A DNA stretch of 64,000 nucleotides from Chromatocurvus sp. (GTDB lineage: Bacteria; Pseudomonadota; Gammaproteobacteria; Pseudomonadales; Halieaceae), in contig JBHEOO010000017.1 in the NCBI GenBank assembly GCA_046260765.1, positions 4,543 through 68,542 of the forward strand, read 5' to 3'. Each line of letters begins with the position of its first letter. The stretch's first letter is position 1. A program made the position numbers and the translations under genes. Below the pieces are notes generated by a model. That model was not told the DNA's origin. It ran no database searches and saw only the letters and a list, made by a program, of their open reading frames with translations. Positions 16,796 through 25,564 of the stretch are shown in pieces.

Positions 16796-18406
16796 ATGCA
16801 GAGAATGGGAAGGTTTTTAGCGGTTTGCTGTGCACTTCTTTCCGTAACCCTGGTCCCGGTCCACGCGCAGGATCAGGTTCAGCCGGCCCCCGACCGGGGT
16901 GAGAACGAGGGAGCGGGTCCCTTTGATCGCCTGGTTATCCGTGGCGCCACATTGATCAATGGTGACGGTGGCATGCCGGTCGGTCCGGTAGATATCGTCA
17001 TCGAGCAGAACCGGATTGAATCCATCAAGGGCGTCGGCACGCCGGGTGTTCCAGTCAGTGACGAAGGTCGGCCCGAGCCTGGTACACACGAGATTGACGC
17101 TCACGGTATGTACGTCATGCCGGGCTTTATCGATAACCACGTCCACACGGGCGGTGTGCCGAAAGCGCCCAATGCCGATTATGTTTACAAGCTGTGGCTG
17201 GCTCACGGCATCACCACGGTACGCGGCGTGCCCTTCGGCCCGCTGGAGTGGTCCATCGGTGAGAAGAAGCGCAGCGCCAGTAATGCGATTGTGGCACCGC
17301 GCATGGTTTCCTTTCATCGTATGGGTAGCGGCGAGGCCTGGAAGGACCGCTCGATACGCACCCCGGATGAGGCCCGCGAGTGGGTGCGCTATGCTAAAAA
17401 ACAGGGCGTCGACGGGCTCAAGCTGGGTGCGCACCGCCCTGACATTATGGCTGCGCTCATTGACGAGGCGAACAAGCTGGGCATGGGGCAGACCGCCCAC
17501 CTGGACCAGCGGGGCGTCGCGCGGATGAACGCGCTTGATGCAGCCCGTCTCGGCATGAAGGGCATGACGCATTTTTACGGGCTTTTTGAAGCGCTGTATG
17601 ACGATCATGATGTGCAGCCCTGGCCTGTAGGCATCAACTACGCCAACGAGTATGACCGCTTCAGTCAGGTTGCCAGACAGTGGAACCTGATCGCTGAGCA
17701 GGGCAGTGAGCCATGGAATGCGGTGATCGATGAATTCCTGGAAAGAAACTTCTTCATCAACCCGACGATGACGATCTACGCCGCGGGACGCAACGTGGAG
17801 TTTGCGCGACAGTCGGTGTGGCACGACGCCTACACGTTGCCCTCGATGATGGAATACTACCGGGCCAGCCGCACGGATCACGGAGCGTACTGGTTCTACT
17901 GGACTACTGCGGATGAGGTCGCCTGGCGCAATTTCTATCACCGCTGGATGGCTTTCCTCGACGATTACAAGGATCGCGGTGGACGCGTCACGATAGGCAC
18001 CGATGCCGGCTTCATCTACAAGCTCTACGGCTTCAGCTACGTCGAGGAAATGGAGCTCCTGCAGGAGGCTGGCTTCCATCCGCTGGAAGTGATCCGCGCC
18101 GCCACACTCCACGGGGCGGAAGAAATATTCGAGCCCCTGGGGAAGCCCATCGAGTACGGACTTATCCAGGAAGGGCTTCTGGCGGACCTGGTGATCGTTG
18201 AGGAAAATCCGCTCGAGAACTTCAAGGTCCTTTACGGCACAGGGGCCGTCAGACTCAACGATGAAACCCGCAAGCCCGAGCGTATTGGTGGCGTGAAGTA
18301 CACGATTAAGGACGGTATCGTGTACGACGCCAAGCAACTCCTGGCAGACGTCGCCAGCATGGTCGAGGCGGCTAGGCAGGCTGACGCAGAGAGCAGCGCG
18401 GAATAG
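16796..18406 (+). CDS. Secreted amidohydrolase family protein
   Basis: Signal peptide, then GFIDNHVH metal-binding motif. Length is 536 aa. Confidence 0.75.
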   Translation: MQRMGRFLAVCCALLSVTLVPVHAQDQVQPAPDRGENEGAGPFDRLVIRGATLINGDGGMPVGPVDIVIEQNRIESIKGVGTPGVPVSDEGRPEPGTHEIDAHGMYVMPGFIDNHVHTGGVPKAPNADYVYKLWLAHGITTVRGVPFGPLEWSIGEKKRSASNAIVAPRMVSFHRMGSGEAWKDRSIRTPDEAREWVRYAKKQGVDGLKLGAHRPDIMAALIDEANKLGMGQTAHLDQRGVARMNALDAARLGMKGMTHFYGLFEALYDDHDVQPWPVGINYANEYDRFSQVARQWNLIAEQGSEPWNAVIDEFLERNFFINPTMTIYAAGRNVEFARQSVWHDAYTLPSMMEYYRASRTDHGAYWFYWTTADEVAWRNFYHRWMAFLDDYKDRGGRVTIGTDAGFIYKLYGFSYVEEMELLQEAGFHPLEVIRAATLHGAEEIFEPLGKPIEYGLIQEGLLADLVIVEENPLENFKVLYGTGAVRLNDETRKPERIGGVKYTIKDGIVYDAKQLLADVASMVEAARQADAESSAE

Positions 18407-18502
18407 TAGAGACTTTGCGACTCCTGGATATCTGTAGCGCCGGTGCCATGCATCGGCGTGTTGGTTTATGATCTGCGGTTCTTGACAGGGAAATCTGGAA
18501 AC

Positions 18503-19531
18503 ATGCCTTTGTTACGCGCCTTATTACCCGCAGCAGTGCTGTTATGTGCCGCCGTCACGGGCACTGACAGCGCCAATGCTGCCACCGTCGTGATGTCGAA
18601 CGGCGAACGGTTCTCCGGGGATATCATCAGCATGATTGATGGAAAGCTGCTGCTGAAAAACGAGTATGCCGGTGAAATCACGCTGCCCTGGTCAGCGGTC
18701 ACCGAGTTGATCAGCGACGAGCCCCTGCGCCTGCAATTACCTGACGAGAGCGTTGTCACCAGCACGACAACCAGCGCAGCGCCAGGCAGCCTCGAACTGG
18801 CGGAGAAATCTGCCAGAGAGGACCAGGTGTTACCATTGGTTGATATCGCAGCGATCAACCGACCTCTCGTGAACCCCTATGAATATGAGTGGCGCGGCAA
18901 GTCAAACGTCGGTCTCAACGCCACCACGGGCAATTCCGATACCACCCGTTTTCATGTGGATACCGAGGGTACGCTGGAAAATGATGTGGACCGTTATATT
19001 GCCGGCGTGGATTTCAACCGCGGCAGCGACAACGATGTCACCAGCGTGGACAACTGGACGGCCTACGGCAGCTACGATCACTTTTTCAGTGACAGGCTGT
19101 TCTGGAACAACTCCCTCAGCTTCAAGCGGAACACCCTGCAGGAACTCGATCTTCGCAGTGCCATCGGTACTGGTGTCGGTTATCAGTTTTTTGATGACAG
19201 CACGCTACGCCTTTCTACCACCGCGGGCCTGAGTTATGTGCGTGAACAGTTCGACGTTCAGTCCAGCGAAGAGTTTGTGGCACTGCAGCTTGGGGCAGAT
19301 TACGAACACCGATGGTTTGACTGGCTGCAGTTTTTCCATAGTCTGCAGACGCTGACCAGTCTGGAGAGCGTTGACGATTTTGTACTGCGCACTCGCACCG
19401 GTCTTCGCTATCCGATTGGCGACAATTTTGTCGCCAGTCTGCAGGTCAACGTGGATTACGATAATACCCCGTCCGAGGGTGCGGAGAAGGAAGATATCAT
19501 TTATGTCTTCACGCTGGGGTACGGCTGGTAA
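18503..19531 (+). CDS. DUF481-type outer membrane beta-barrel protein
   Basis: ATG at 18503 gives the signal peptide MPLLRALLPAAVLLCAAVTGTDSANA. The C-terminal part has alternating beta-strand-like sequence ending ...FTLGYGW, as in the DUF481/YdiY family. Confidence 0.7.
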   Translation: MPLLRALLPAAVLLCAAVTGTDSANAATVVMSNGERFSGDIISMIDGKLLLKNEYAGEITLPWSAVTELISDEPLRLQLPDESVVTSTTTSAAPGSLELAEKSAREDQVLPLVDIAAINRPLVNPYEYEWRGKSNVGLNATTGNSDTTRFHVDTEGTLENDVDRYIAGVDFNRGSDNDVTSVDNWTAYGSYDHFFSDRLFWNNSLSFKRNTLQELDLRSAIGTGVGYQFFDDSTLRLSTTAGLSYVREQFDVQSSEEFVALQLGADYEHRWFDWLQFFHSLQTLTSLESVDDFVLRTRTGLRYPIGDNFVASLQVNVDYDNTPSEGAEKEDIIYVFTLGYGW

Positions 19532-19564
19532 TGTCCTGGTGTCGCTGAAAGAGAGCGTTTGAGA

Positions 19565-19619
19565 CAGGTCTTAGTCAGGTCTTAGCCAGGTCTTAGTCAG
19601 GTCTTAGTCAGGTCTTAGC
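19565..19619. repeat. Tandem repeat, 5 x 11 bp (CAGGTCTTAGT/C)
   Basis: Read directly: caggtcttagt caggtcttagc caggtcttagt caggtcttagt caggtcttagc. It lies between two convergent stop codons (19531 and 19628). Confidence 0.95.
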
Positions 19620-19627
19620 GTCAGACG

Positions 19628-20242
19628 TCAGCTGTTCAGATAGGCATGCCAGTACAGCTGGGTGGCGACGCTACGAAAAGGTCTGTAGCGTTCTCCGAGT
19701 TCCTCCAGCGCCATGGCGTCGGGTCGCTCCGGGAGGCTCTTTATGGTCTGCACGGCCTTTATCAGCGCGAGATCGCCGATGGGCCACAGGTCTGGTCGCC
19801 GCAGGGCAAGCATCAAGTAGCAGTCGGCTGTCCAGTGACCGATGCCGGGTAAGGCCGTGAGAACTTCCCGTGCACGCACATCACTGCGGCGAGCGAGGCT
19901 GGCAATCGGCAGCGTGCCTTCTTCGATCGCGGTAGCCGCCGCGCGCGTATAGCGCGCTTTCTGCCGACTGACCCCCGCGCTGCGCAGCGCCTCATCCTCG
20001 AGCTGGAGGTAAGCCACCGGCGTGAACTGCGGCAGGCGCAGGGCGAGTTTGTCGAGCGTGGCTTTTGCCGACGCCAGCGAGACCTGCTGCTCGAGGATAA
20101 TGTGAACGAGAGTCTTGAAGCCCGCGGGTCGTGTGCGAAAGGGTGGTGGCCCGTGACGCCTCACGATAATGCCCAGGTCCCGGTCTCTGGCGGCGAGTGT
20201 GTCCACCGCCGCCAGATGCTGTTGACGTGTCAGTGCAGGCAC
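19628..20242 (-). CDS. DNA-3-methyladenine glycosylase II family (AlkA-like, HhH-GPD) protein
   Basis: Shows LPGIGHWTADCYLMLALRRPDLWPIGDLAL, an HhH-GPD motif with the catalytic Asp. The likely GTG start at 20242 lies 4 nt after the upstream stop, and the longer track ORF would overlap that gene. Confidence 0.8.
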   Translation of the reverse strand: MPALTRQQHLAAVDTLAARDRDLGIIVRRHGPPPFRTRPAGFKTLVHIILEQQVSLASAKATLDKLALRLPQFTPVAYLQLEDEALRSAGVSRQKARYTRAAATAIEEGTLPIASLARRSDVRAREVLTALPGIGHWTADCYLMLALRRPDLWPIGDLALIKAVQTIKSLPERPDAMALEELGERYRPFRSVATQLYWHAYLNS

Positions 20243-20246
20243 GCGG

Positions 20247-22460
20247 TCAGCGCGCCAGTGGATCCGGTCGCATCTGGAAATGGTACACCTTGCTGGTCGT
20301 GTCCGCCCCGGTTTCCATGTGAAAAGGCGCCCGGCTGCTGAAGGTCGCCCATAGGCCGCGCCCTTTCCAGCCGCCGTCGGGATCATCAATACGCCCATCC
20401 ATCCACTTGGTATAGAACCCGAGGGGGTAGGGGACGGTCAGCCGCACCCATTCACCCTCATGCAGTACCAGTAGCGCCTCTGACAGATTGCCGGTGTTGA
20501 TCGGCGTGTTGGCACCGAGGCCCAGAGTGTCAAACTGGTCTACCCAGGTGTAGTAGCTGCCTTCTGCGCTGCCCTCGTGCTGCTGGTTGCGGAATTTCGG
20601 CAAGGGTTCGGCATAGAAAGTCCAGCCTTCGGGACAGTGCTGCCCGGTTGCCGTCGGCCCGTTCATGGGACCCTCGCAGAGGCGGCGGTCGAAGCTTGCC
20701 ATGTGGCCACTGGCCATCGCCGCCCATGCCACGCCGTTGCGATCAATGTCCATGCCTCTTGGGGAAAAACCCTCGATGGCACTGCCATTTTTGTCCACTG
20801 GCGGCTCGAAGTACTCAGTCAGCGCCGTGCGAACGGGATCCTCCCCGGGAACCAGCCGCACCAGACCTCCCGGGTAGCCGAGTGTCGAGCCCCATATGGA
20901 GCCGTCGGGCGCCGGCGCTACTGCGTAGTAACCCGCCTGGATACGTGTGTCCTTGCTGGGGTCGGCAGCCTCGCCGGGTTGCACATAGCCCTCATCCCTA
21001 CGGCCATTGCCGTTGGTGTCCAGTATGGTCGGTGTCCAGCCCTGTGCCGCGGCGGCATCGCCGGTCTCTAAATATTTGGCGACATCGAGCCAGCCCACCA
21101 CATCGCGTCCGCCGCTGGTCCACAGGGTGTTCTGCGCGTCTTCGGCAAACATCAGGTGATGGGTGCTGAAGCAGGTGTCGATAGGGGTATACACGTCGGT
21201 TGACGGCTCATAGACGCCGAGATGACGAGACGAGGTCTCGGTGGGAAATGCCTGGGCTGCGGGATGGCTGGAACCCTCGCGACAGAATGCCGGGTTATCC
21301 TTGGGATCACGCACGCGCGCGGTTAACCAGACGCGACCGTCGGCATCCAGCATGGGGTTGTGCGCGGTGGTCGCACTGTCCCAGATCGGCTCCTTACCCC
21401 AGAACACCGAGGGACCCGCCACCGGTGCCGGGTCGGGATCATAGCCCGAGTCGGGCAGGGGGAAGATCGGTATTTCTGAACTCTCGTGCGTTACCGGATT
21501 GAGCACCGGCATGTAGTCGGCGCTGTTCTCCAGGACGCCATACAGCTTGCCGCGTGCGTTGACTGTGGGATCGCGGCGGTCAGTGGAAACGACATCGTGC
21601 AGATAGACCTTTGGATCCGCCCAGTCCCACTGGGTGATCACGACGTTGCGCTCAAGCCCTTGCGGGCGCTCCGGCGCCAGCGGCAGCTCACCGTCGGCGA
21701 TACGGTCGGTCCAGTCTGCATACAGCCCTATGGCGCGCTCCAGGCCCATGCCCGCGAGAATGTTCACCATGCCCGTGCCGGCCTGGCCCGCCTGTACGCG
21801 CTGGTGCCAGGCTTCCACGCTGCTGCGTCCATCGCTGAACAGCGCGGGAATTTCCCGGGTGGCCTTGCTGCCGAGCTGGTGACAGGCGAGGCAGCTGTTG
21901 TTGCCCACGCGTCGCACCCAGTCCTCGTAATGCGTGATGGATTCGGCAATGCCGTTGCCCTGTGGGCCGGTGCCCGGGAATTCACTTTTGTCTGGCAGTT
22001 CCAGCAGCGAATACCAGTAACCGGCAGGATAATAGTCGGCGGCCGCGGCCGCACTGGGAGCTGAGCGAGCCTCAAGTGCCAGCTGCTTACCCGGCGTCGC
22101 CGTTACCTTTTCGGAGTCCACCAGCCCGTAGCCTCGCACCCAGACCTGGTAGCTGGCGTCGGGCAGGTCGGGCACCAGGAATCGTCCCGCATCATCGGTG
22201 ACGACTATGCGGGCGAAGCGGGTAGGCAGATCGGTTGTTTCAGCAATGACCCAGACACCGGCTTCCGGGCCCGCAGGTCCTGACACCACGCCGCTGATAT
22301 CTGTGTCGCTGGTCGCTACACTACCGGCCCGTGCTGGCGCCGAGGTGTCGGTCTGGTCAGTAATCTGCAGCTTTGCGTCAGTGTCCTCACGATCGCAGGC
22401 GCTGAGTGCACCCAGAGAAATGATAAAAGACACTATCCATGTCAGTCGGTGCATTGCCAT
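20247..22460 (-). CDS. Large lipoprotein of unknown function: carboxypeptidase-regulatory-like domain + single CXXCH heme-binding motif + long beta-rich C-terminal region
   Basis: Lipobox ISLGALSAC, then GVVSGPAGPEAGVWVIAE...RFLVPDLPDASYQVWVRGYG (CarboxypepD_reg-like). The motif NSCLACHQLG lies at 21879-21893. About 540 aa follow without a family I can name. Confidence 0.7.
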   Translation of the reverse strand: MAMHRLTWIVSFIISLGALSACDREDTDAKLQITDQTDTSAPARAGSVATSDTDISGVVSGPAGPEAGVWVIAETTDLPTRFARIVVTDDAGRFLVPDLPDASYQVWVRGYGLVDSEKVTATPGKQLALEARSAPSAAAAADYYPAGYWYSLLELPDKSEFPGTGPQGNGIAESITHYEDWVRRVGNNSCLACHQLGSKATREIPALFSDGRSSVEAWHQRVQAGQAGTGMVNILAGMGLERAIGLYADWTDRIADGELPLAPERPQGLERNVVITQWDWADPKVYLHDVVSTDRRDPTVNARGKLYGVLENSADYMPVLNPVTHESSEIPIFPLPDSGYDPDPAPVAGPSVFWGKEPIWDSATTAHNPMLDADGRVWLTARVRDPKDNPAFCREGSSHPAAQAFPTETSSRHLGVYEPSTDVYTPIDTCFSTHHLMFAEDAQNTLWTSGGRDVVGWLDVAKYLETGDAAAAQGWTPTILDTNGNGRRDEGYVQPGEAADPSKDTRIQAGYYAVAPAPDGSIWGSTLGYPGGLVRLVPGEDPVRTALTEYFEPPVDKNGSAIEGFSPRGMDIDRNGVAWAAMASGHMASFDRRLCEGPMNGPTATGQHCPEGWTFYAEPLPKFRNQQHEGSAEGSYYTWVDQFDTLGLGANTPINTGNLSEALLVLHEGEWVRLTVPYPLGFYTKWMDGRIDDPDGGWKGRGLWATFSSRAPFHMETGADTTSKVYHFQMRPDPLAR

Positions 22461-22544
22461 ACCCTCCCGGTGTCAACGCATCTCTTAAGGAGCGTGGCGC
22501 TCCGATCCTCTATGAAACACCGGTCAAGCTATAGACTTCACCGG

Positions 22545-24110
22545 TCAGGGCCTGAAATCTGCCATCGTATCATCGTCCATGTGCTCGTCATTCGCTTCTT
22601 CTGCGTCGAGCACCTCAAGATGCTCTTCCGCAAACCAGCGTGTCATGAGAAAGCGCAGCGGAACCAGCATTGCAATAAGAAGCGGAAACAGGATTCCGGC
22701 CGGGCTGCTCTTCAGTATCCAGAGTGCGATAAGCGCCAGGAGCTGTATCAGCGTGAACACGTGGATGACCTTGCGCGGTACCTTGCGCACGTAATGGGTC
22801 TGTGGGTAAAGCTTTCTGTCCGTTGCCCAGAGGCGCACGCGCTCAAAGAATTCAGTACCACTCAGCGTATTGAAACCCATGTAGAGAAAAAGGCCGAATA
22901 GAACCTCCATGGGGATCATCTTGATCAGTGGCAGCATTAATATTGAGGCCGCCAGCAAGAGGTGTATTAACAGTGGCGATATGCGGTTCTCCTCCACCGC
23001 GATGATTTTCTCGGTGGTGCTTGAGCCCAGACTCACTGTCTCCGTTGTTGCGAGGCTCTTGACATGATTCAGGGAGTGCACGGTGGCGGCGACTATCCAT
23101 GGCAGGGCAAACAGTGAGCAGACGGCTGTGATCGCAGCGACGACGACGAGGTCCAGGTTATAGCCACAGCCCTTGCGCAGTGAGTGCAGTGGGCTGTTGA
23201 CCAGTCGGGCCGTGATGTTCTGGTCAAGGAACAGCAGTACTGTCACCAGCAGTGCCGGGCCGGCCGCCGCAAATATGACCCACGTGGGCACGGCAAACAG
23301 ATCAACCAGCCAGGGCCTGCCCGTTGTGGTGGCGAAGGTTTCAGGGACTGCAGCGCGCTCCACTTCTATTTCTGGCATCAACAGGGCGAACGCCGTCATG
23401 ATGGCGATAGCGATGGCCGGGCCAAAGTCCGAAATGAACTCGCGTGCCTTGCGCTGCAGGTAGGGCGTCTGCAGCACCATCTTCAGGCTTCGCGCCAGCA
23501 TGTAGGTTCCCAGCGACAGCACCAGCGTCATCAGCGCGGTGGCGTCATCGCGCGGCGTTTCGAGAAAGGGTGCGAGCAGGGACTTCACGGCTTCGTAGAT
23601 AAAGATGACCGCTACCAGCGCAGCGAAGATCTCGTCCGTGAAGCGCGTGAACAGGCGCATCAGGGCACTGGCATCGGTGAAGGCGAGAATCAGCATGAAC
23701 AGACCGGCCCACAGGCCAACCCAGGCGTACAACGACAGGAAAGGCAGGTTCATCTGTAGACTCAACGCGTACAGCAGGCCCGTGAAGATCGTGATAGGAC
23801 CTGTTCCGCCCAGAATCGTCAGCGGTTGCCCGGCGAACAACGCGAACAAAATGCCGCCAAGTGCGGTTGCCACAATCATTTCTACGGTGCCGATCTGGCC
23901 GCCGGTCAGGATGCTGGTGAGAGCCCCGAATGCGACGGCGTTTGCCAGGCAGGCGAAAAACAAAAACACCGTGGAGGCAACGACCTTACTGCTGAGACCG
24001 TCGCGAAAATCGCTGATATAAAAGGGTAGTCGGCGCCTGAGGTCGTTCTGCAGTCCGCCGAAAAGGCGACCGGTGTACGCCAGAGGATCACTGCTATCCG
24101 TTTTTTTCAT
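22545..24110 (-). CDS. SLC4-like (HCO3_cotransp/Band 3 family, PF00955-type) anion transporter
   Basis: The N-terminus ...LFGGLQNDLRRRLPFYISDFRDGLSSKVVASTVFLFFACLANAVAFG closely matches the start of the SLC4/BOR1 membrane domain. Length is 521 aa, polytopic. Confidence 0.75.
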   Translation of the reverse strand: MKKTDSSDPLAYTGRLFGGLQNDLRRRLPFYISDFRDGLSSKVVASTVFLFFACLANAVAFGALTSILTGGQIGTVEMIVATALGGILFALFAGQPLTILGGTGPITIFTGLLYALSLQMNLPFLSLYAWVGLWAGLFMLILAFTDASALMRLFTRFTDEIFAALVAVIFIYEAVKSLLAPFLETPRDDATALMTLVLSLGTYMLARSLKMVLQTPYLQRKAREFISDFGPAIAIAIMTAFALLMPEIEVERAAVPETFATTTGRPWLVDLFAVPTWVIFAAAGPALLVTVLLFLDQNITARLVNSPLHSLRKGCGYNLDLVVVAAITAVCSLFALPWIVAATVHSLNHVKSLATTETVSLGSSTTEKIIAVEENRISPLLIHLLLAASILMLPLIKMIPMEVLFGLFLYMGFNTLSGTEFFERVRLWATDRKLYPQTHYVRKVPRKVIHVFTLIQLLALIALWILKSSPAGILFPLLIAMLVPLRFLMTRWFAEEHLEVLDAEEANDEHMDDDTMADFRP

Positions 24111-24168
24111 CGGGCTCTCGTCTCGTTTTGGGTGGCTGCGCCGCTTGACGCGGGAAGGGTGTTGGCGG

Positions 24169-25083
24169 CTATGGTTCTATCGGAGGCGTGAAGCCCGGGG
24201 GCTTGATGGCAATTACGGAGCAGTTGGCCCAGGGCAGGACGTTCTCGGCCGTGTTGCCGGTAAGCAGTCCCTTGATACCCTGGCGCGCGACCGTTCCCAT
24301 AATGAGCAGATCGACCGGGTGCTTCTCGAGGAATTCGAGAATTCTTGCGTAGGCATTGCCGTCGGTAATGGTGATATCCCATGTCCCTTCCGGCAGCAGG
24401 GACCGGCACTGTGCCTCCAGGGTCGCCTTGGCATCGTCCAGGCGTCGCTGGCGCTCTCCACGCGCCACGGTATCCAGAAAGTGCGCCGCCTCGGGATGCT
24501 CAACGACATGCAGGACTTTCACGTCAGCGCCATCGTACTGCTGCTTGAGCGCCGCCGCTATCGATAGCGCCGCCTCGCCCACGGGCGTCAGGTCGTGCGC
24601 AACGAGCACGGTGGGATGTTCCGGACGCGGCTCATCCTTGACCACCCAGACGGGGCAGGGGCAGAGGCGCAGAAGCTTGTTGCCTGTGCTGCCGAACAGT
24701 AGGCGTCCGGCAAGGCTGCGCTTGCGGGTGCCGATGACAACCAGGTCGTAATTTTCTTTTACAACCGCGTGCAGAATTTCCCGCCAATGCTCGCCAAAGC
24801 GAATTGCGGTGCTGGCCCGCAGGTCCTCCCCCGCATCCGCCTGTAGCTTTTCGAGAATCTTGAGTGCGGCTGCGTGTTGTTTTCCTGCGGCGGTGCTCGT
24901 ATCCGGGGTGTCGGATGCCTGCTTGTTGCCTGTCGCATTGATGACGTGCATGAACGTCACCTCGGCGTTGTCGCGCCGGGCCGTGATCAGTGCCTCGCGA
25001 ACTGCGACAGCGCCGGTATCAGCGATGGTTTCCGACTTATAATCGATGTCGACAGCAACCAGCACTCTGCGAAACTGAATCAT
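24169..25083 (-). CDS. Tandem universal stress protein (UspE-like, two Usp domains)
   Basis: ATG at 25083 is preceded by GGAGG. There are two repeats of the pattern VLVAVD...DLVV/LLIMGT...GS..., with the end ...GNTAENVLPWANCSVIAIKP. Confidence 0.8.
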   Translation of the reverse strand: MIQFRRVLVAVDIDYKSETIADTGAVAVREALITARRDNAEVTFMHVINATGNKQASDTPDTSTAAGKQHAAALKILEKLQADAGEDLRASTAIRFGEHWREILHAVVKENYDLVVIGTRKRSLAGRLLFGSTGNKLLRLCPCPVWVVKDEPRPEHPTVLVAHDLTPVGEAALSIAAALKQQYDGADVKVLHVVEHPEAAHFLDTVARGERQRRLDDAKATLEAQCRSLLPEGTWDITITDGNAYARILEFLEKHPVDLLIMGTVARQGIKGLLTGNTAENVLPWANCSVIAIKPPGFTPPIEP

Positions 25084-25255
25084 GTTGGCCGTTTCCTCCA
25101 AAGGGCGCTCGCACTGGAACCTCTTGCAGGGTTCTCGCACTGGAACCTCGCCTTTGCGCCGTGGTACGAGCGCACCAGCGCACGTCTAAAAAAACACGAG
25201 CCTAGCAATCAGACTTCCGCACTACAAGAAAAACCGGAGTGCGCACAGCTTACGC

Positions 25256-25408
25256 TCAGAAGTTGAAGTTGTTCCCGCCGAACAGTCCTATAAGACCCAC
25301 GGCAATAAGATAGATTGCAACAATCTTGGCCAGCAGGCGTGGAAACATGAAGATAAGAACGCCGGCGATGAGTGAAACCAGTGGCGTCAGTGCGAGGTTG
25401 ATGTCCAT
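25256..25408 (-). CDS. DUF3096-like 50-aa membrane protein
   Basis: Below the track length cut-off. My translation is MDINLALTPLVSLIAGVLIFMFPRLLAKIVAIYLIAVGLIGLFGGNNFNF, with an AGGAAA SD-like element upstream. Confidence 0.6.
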   Translation of the reverse strand: MDINLALTPLVSLIAGVLIFMFPRLLAKIVAIYLIAVGLIGLFGGNNFNF

Positions 25409-25564
25409 GAAGGATTTCCTTTTTCGTTATGGCTACGGGATAGCGCCAGCCTACTTTCATTTGCGCCCTGTCGTTAGTGCGGTGAGGTGAATCAAGAGCG
25501 GCATGGTCGACACCGGTTTGGCGTAAAGATTATCTCAGCCTACTCCCTATACCTGAAAGAGGCG

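Noticed and set aside
16817-18337. 506-aa minus-strand ORF
   Set aside because: It lies entirely antisense to the amidohydrolase gene 16796..18406, whose product has a clear signal peptide and metal-binding motifs. The antisense product is Arg/Gly/Val-rich with no recognisable motif, which is the typical long shadow ORF of GC-rich DNA.
25209-25460. 83-aa minus-strand track ORF
   Set aside because: A different frame in the same place encodes a clean 50-aa DUF3096-like membrane protein with an SD (25256..25408). The 83-aa product has no protein-like features.
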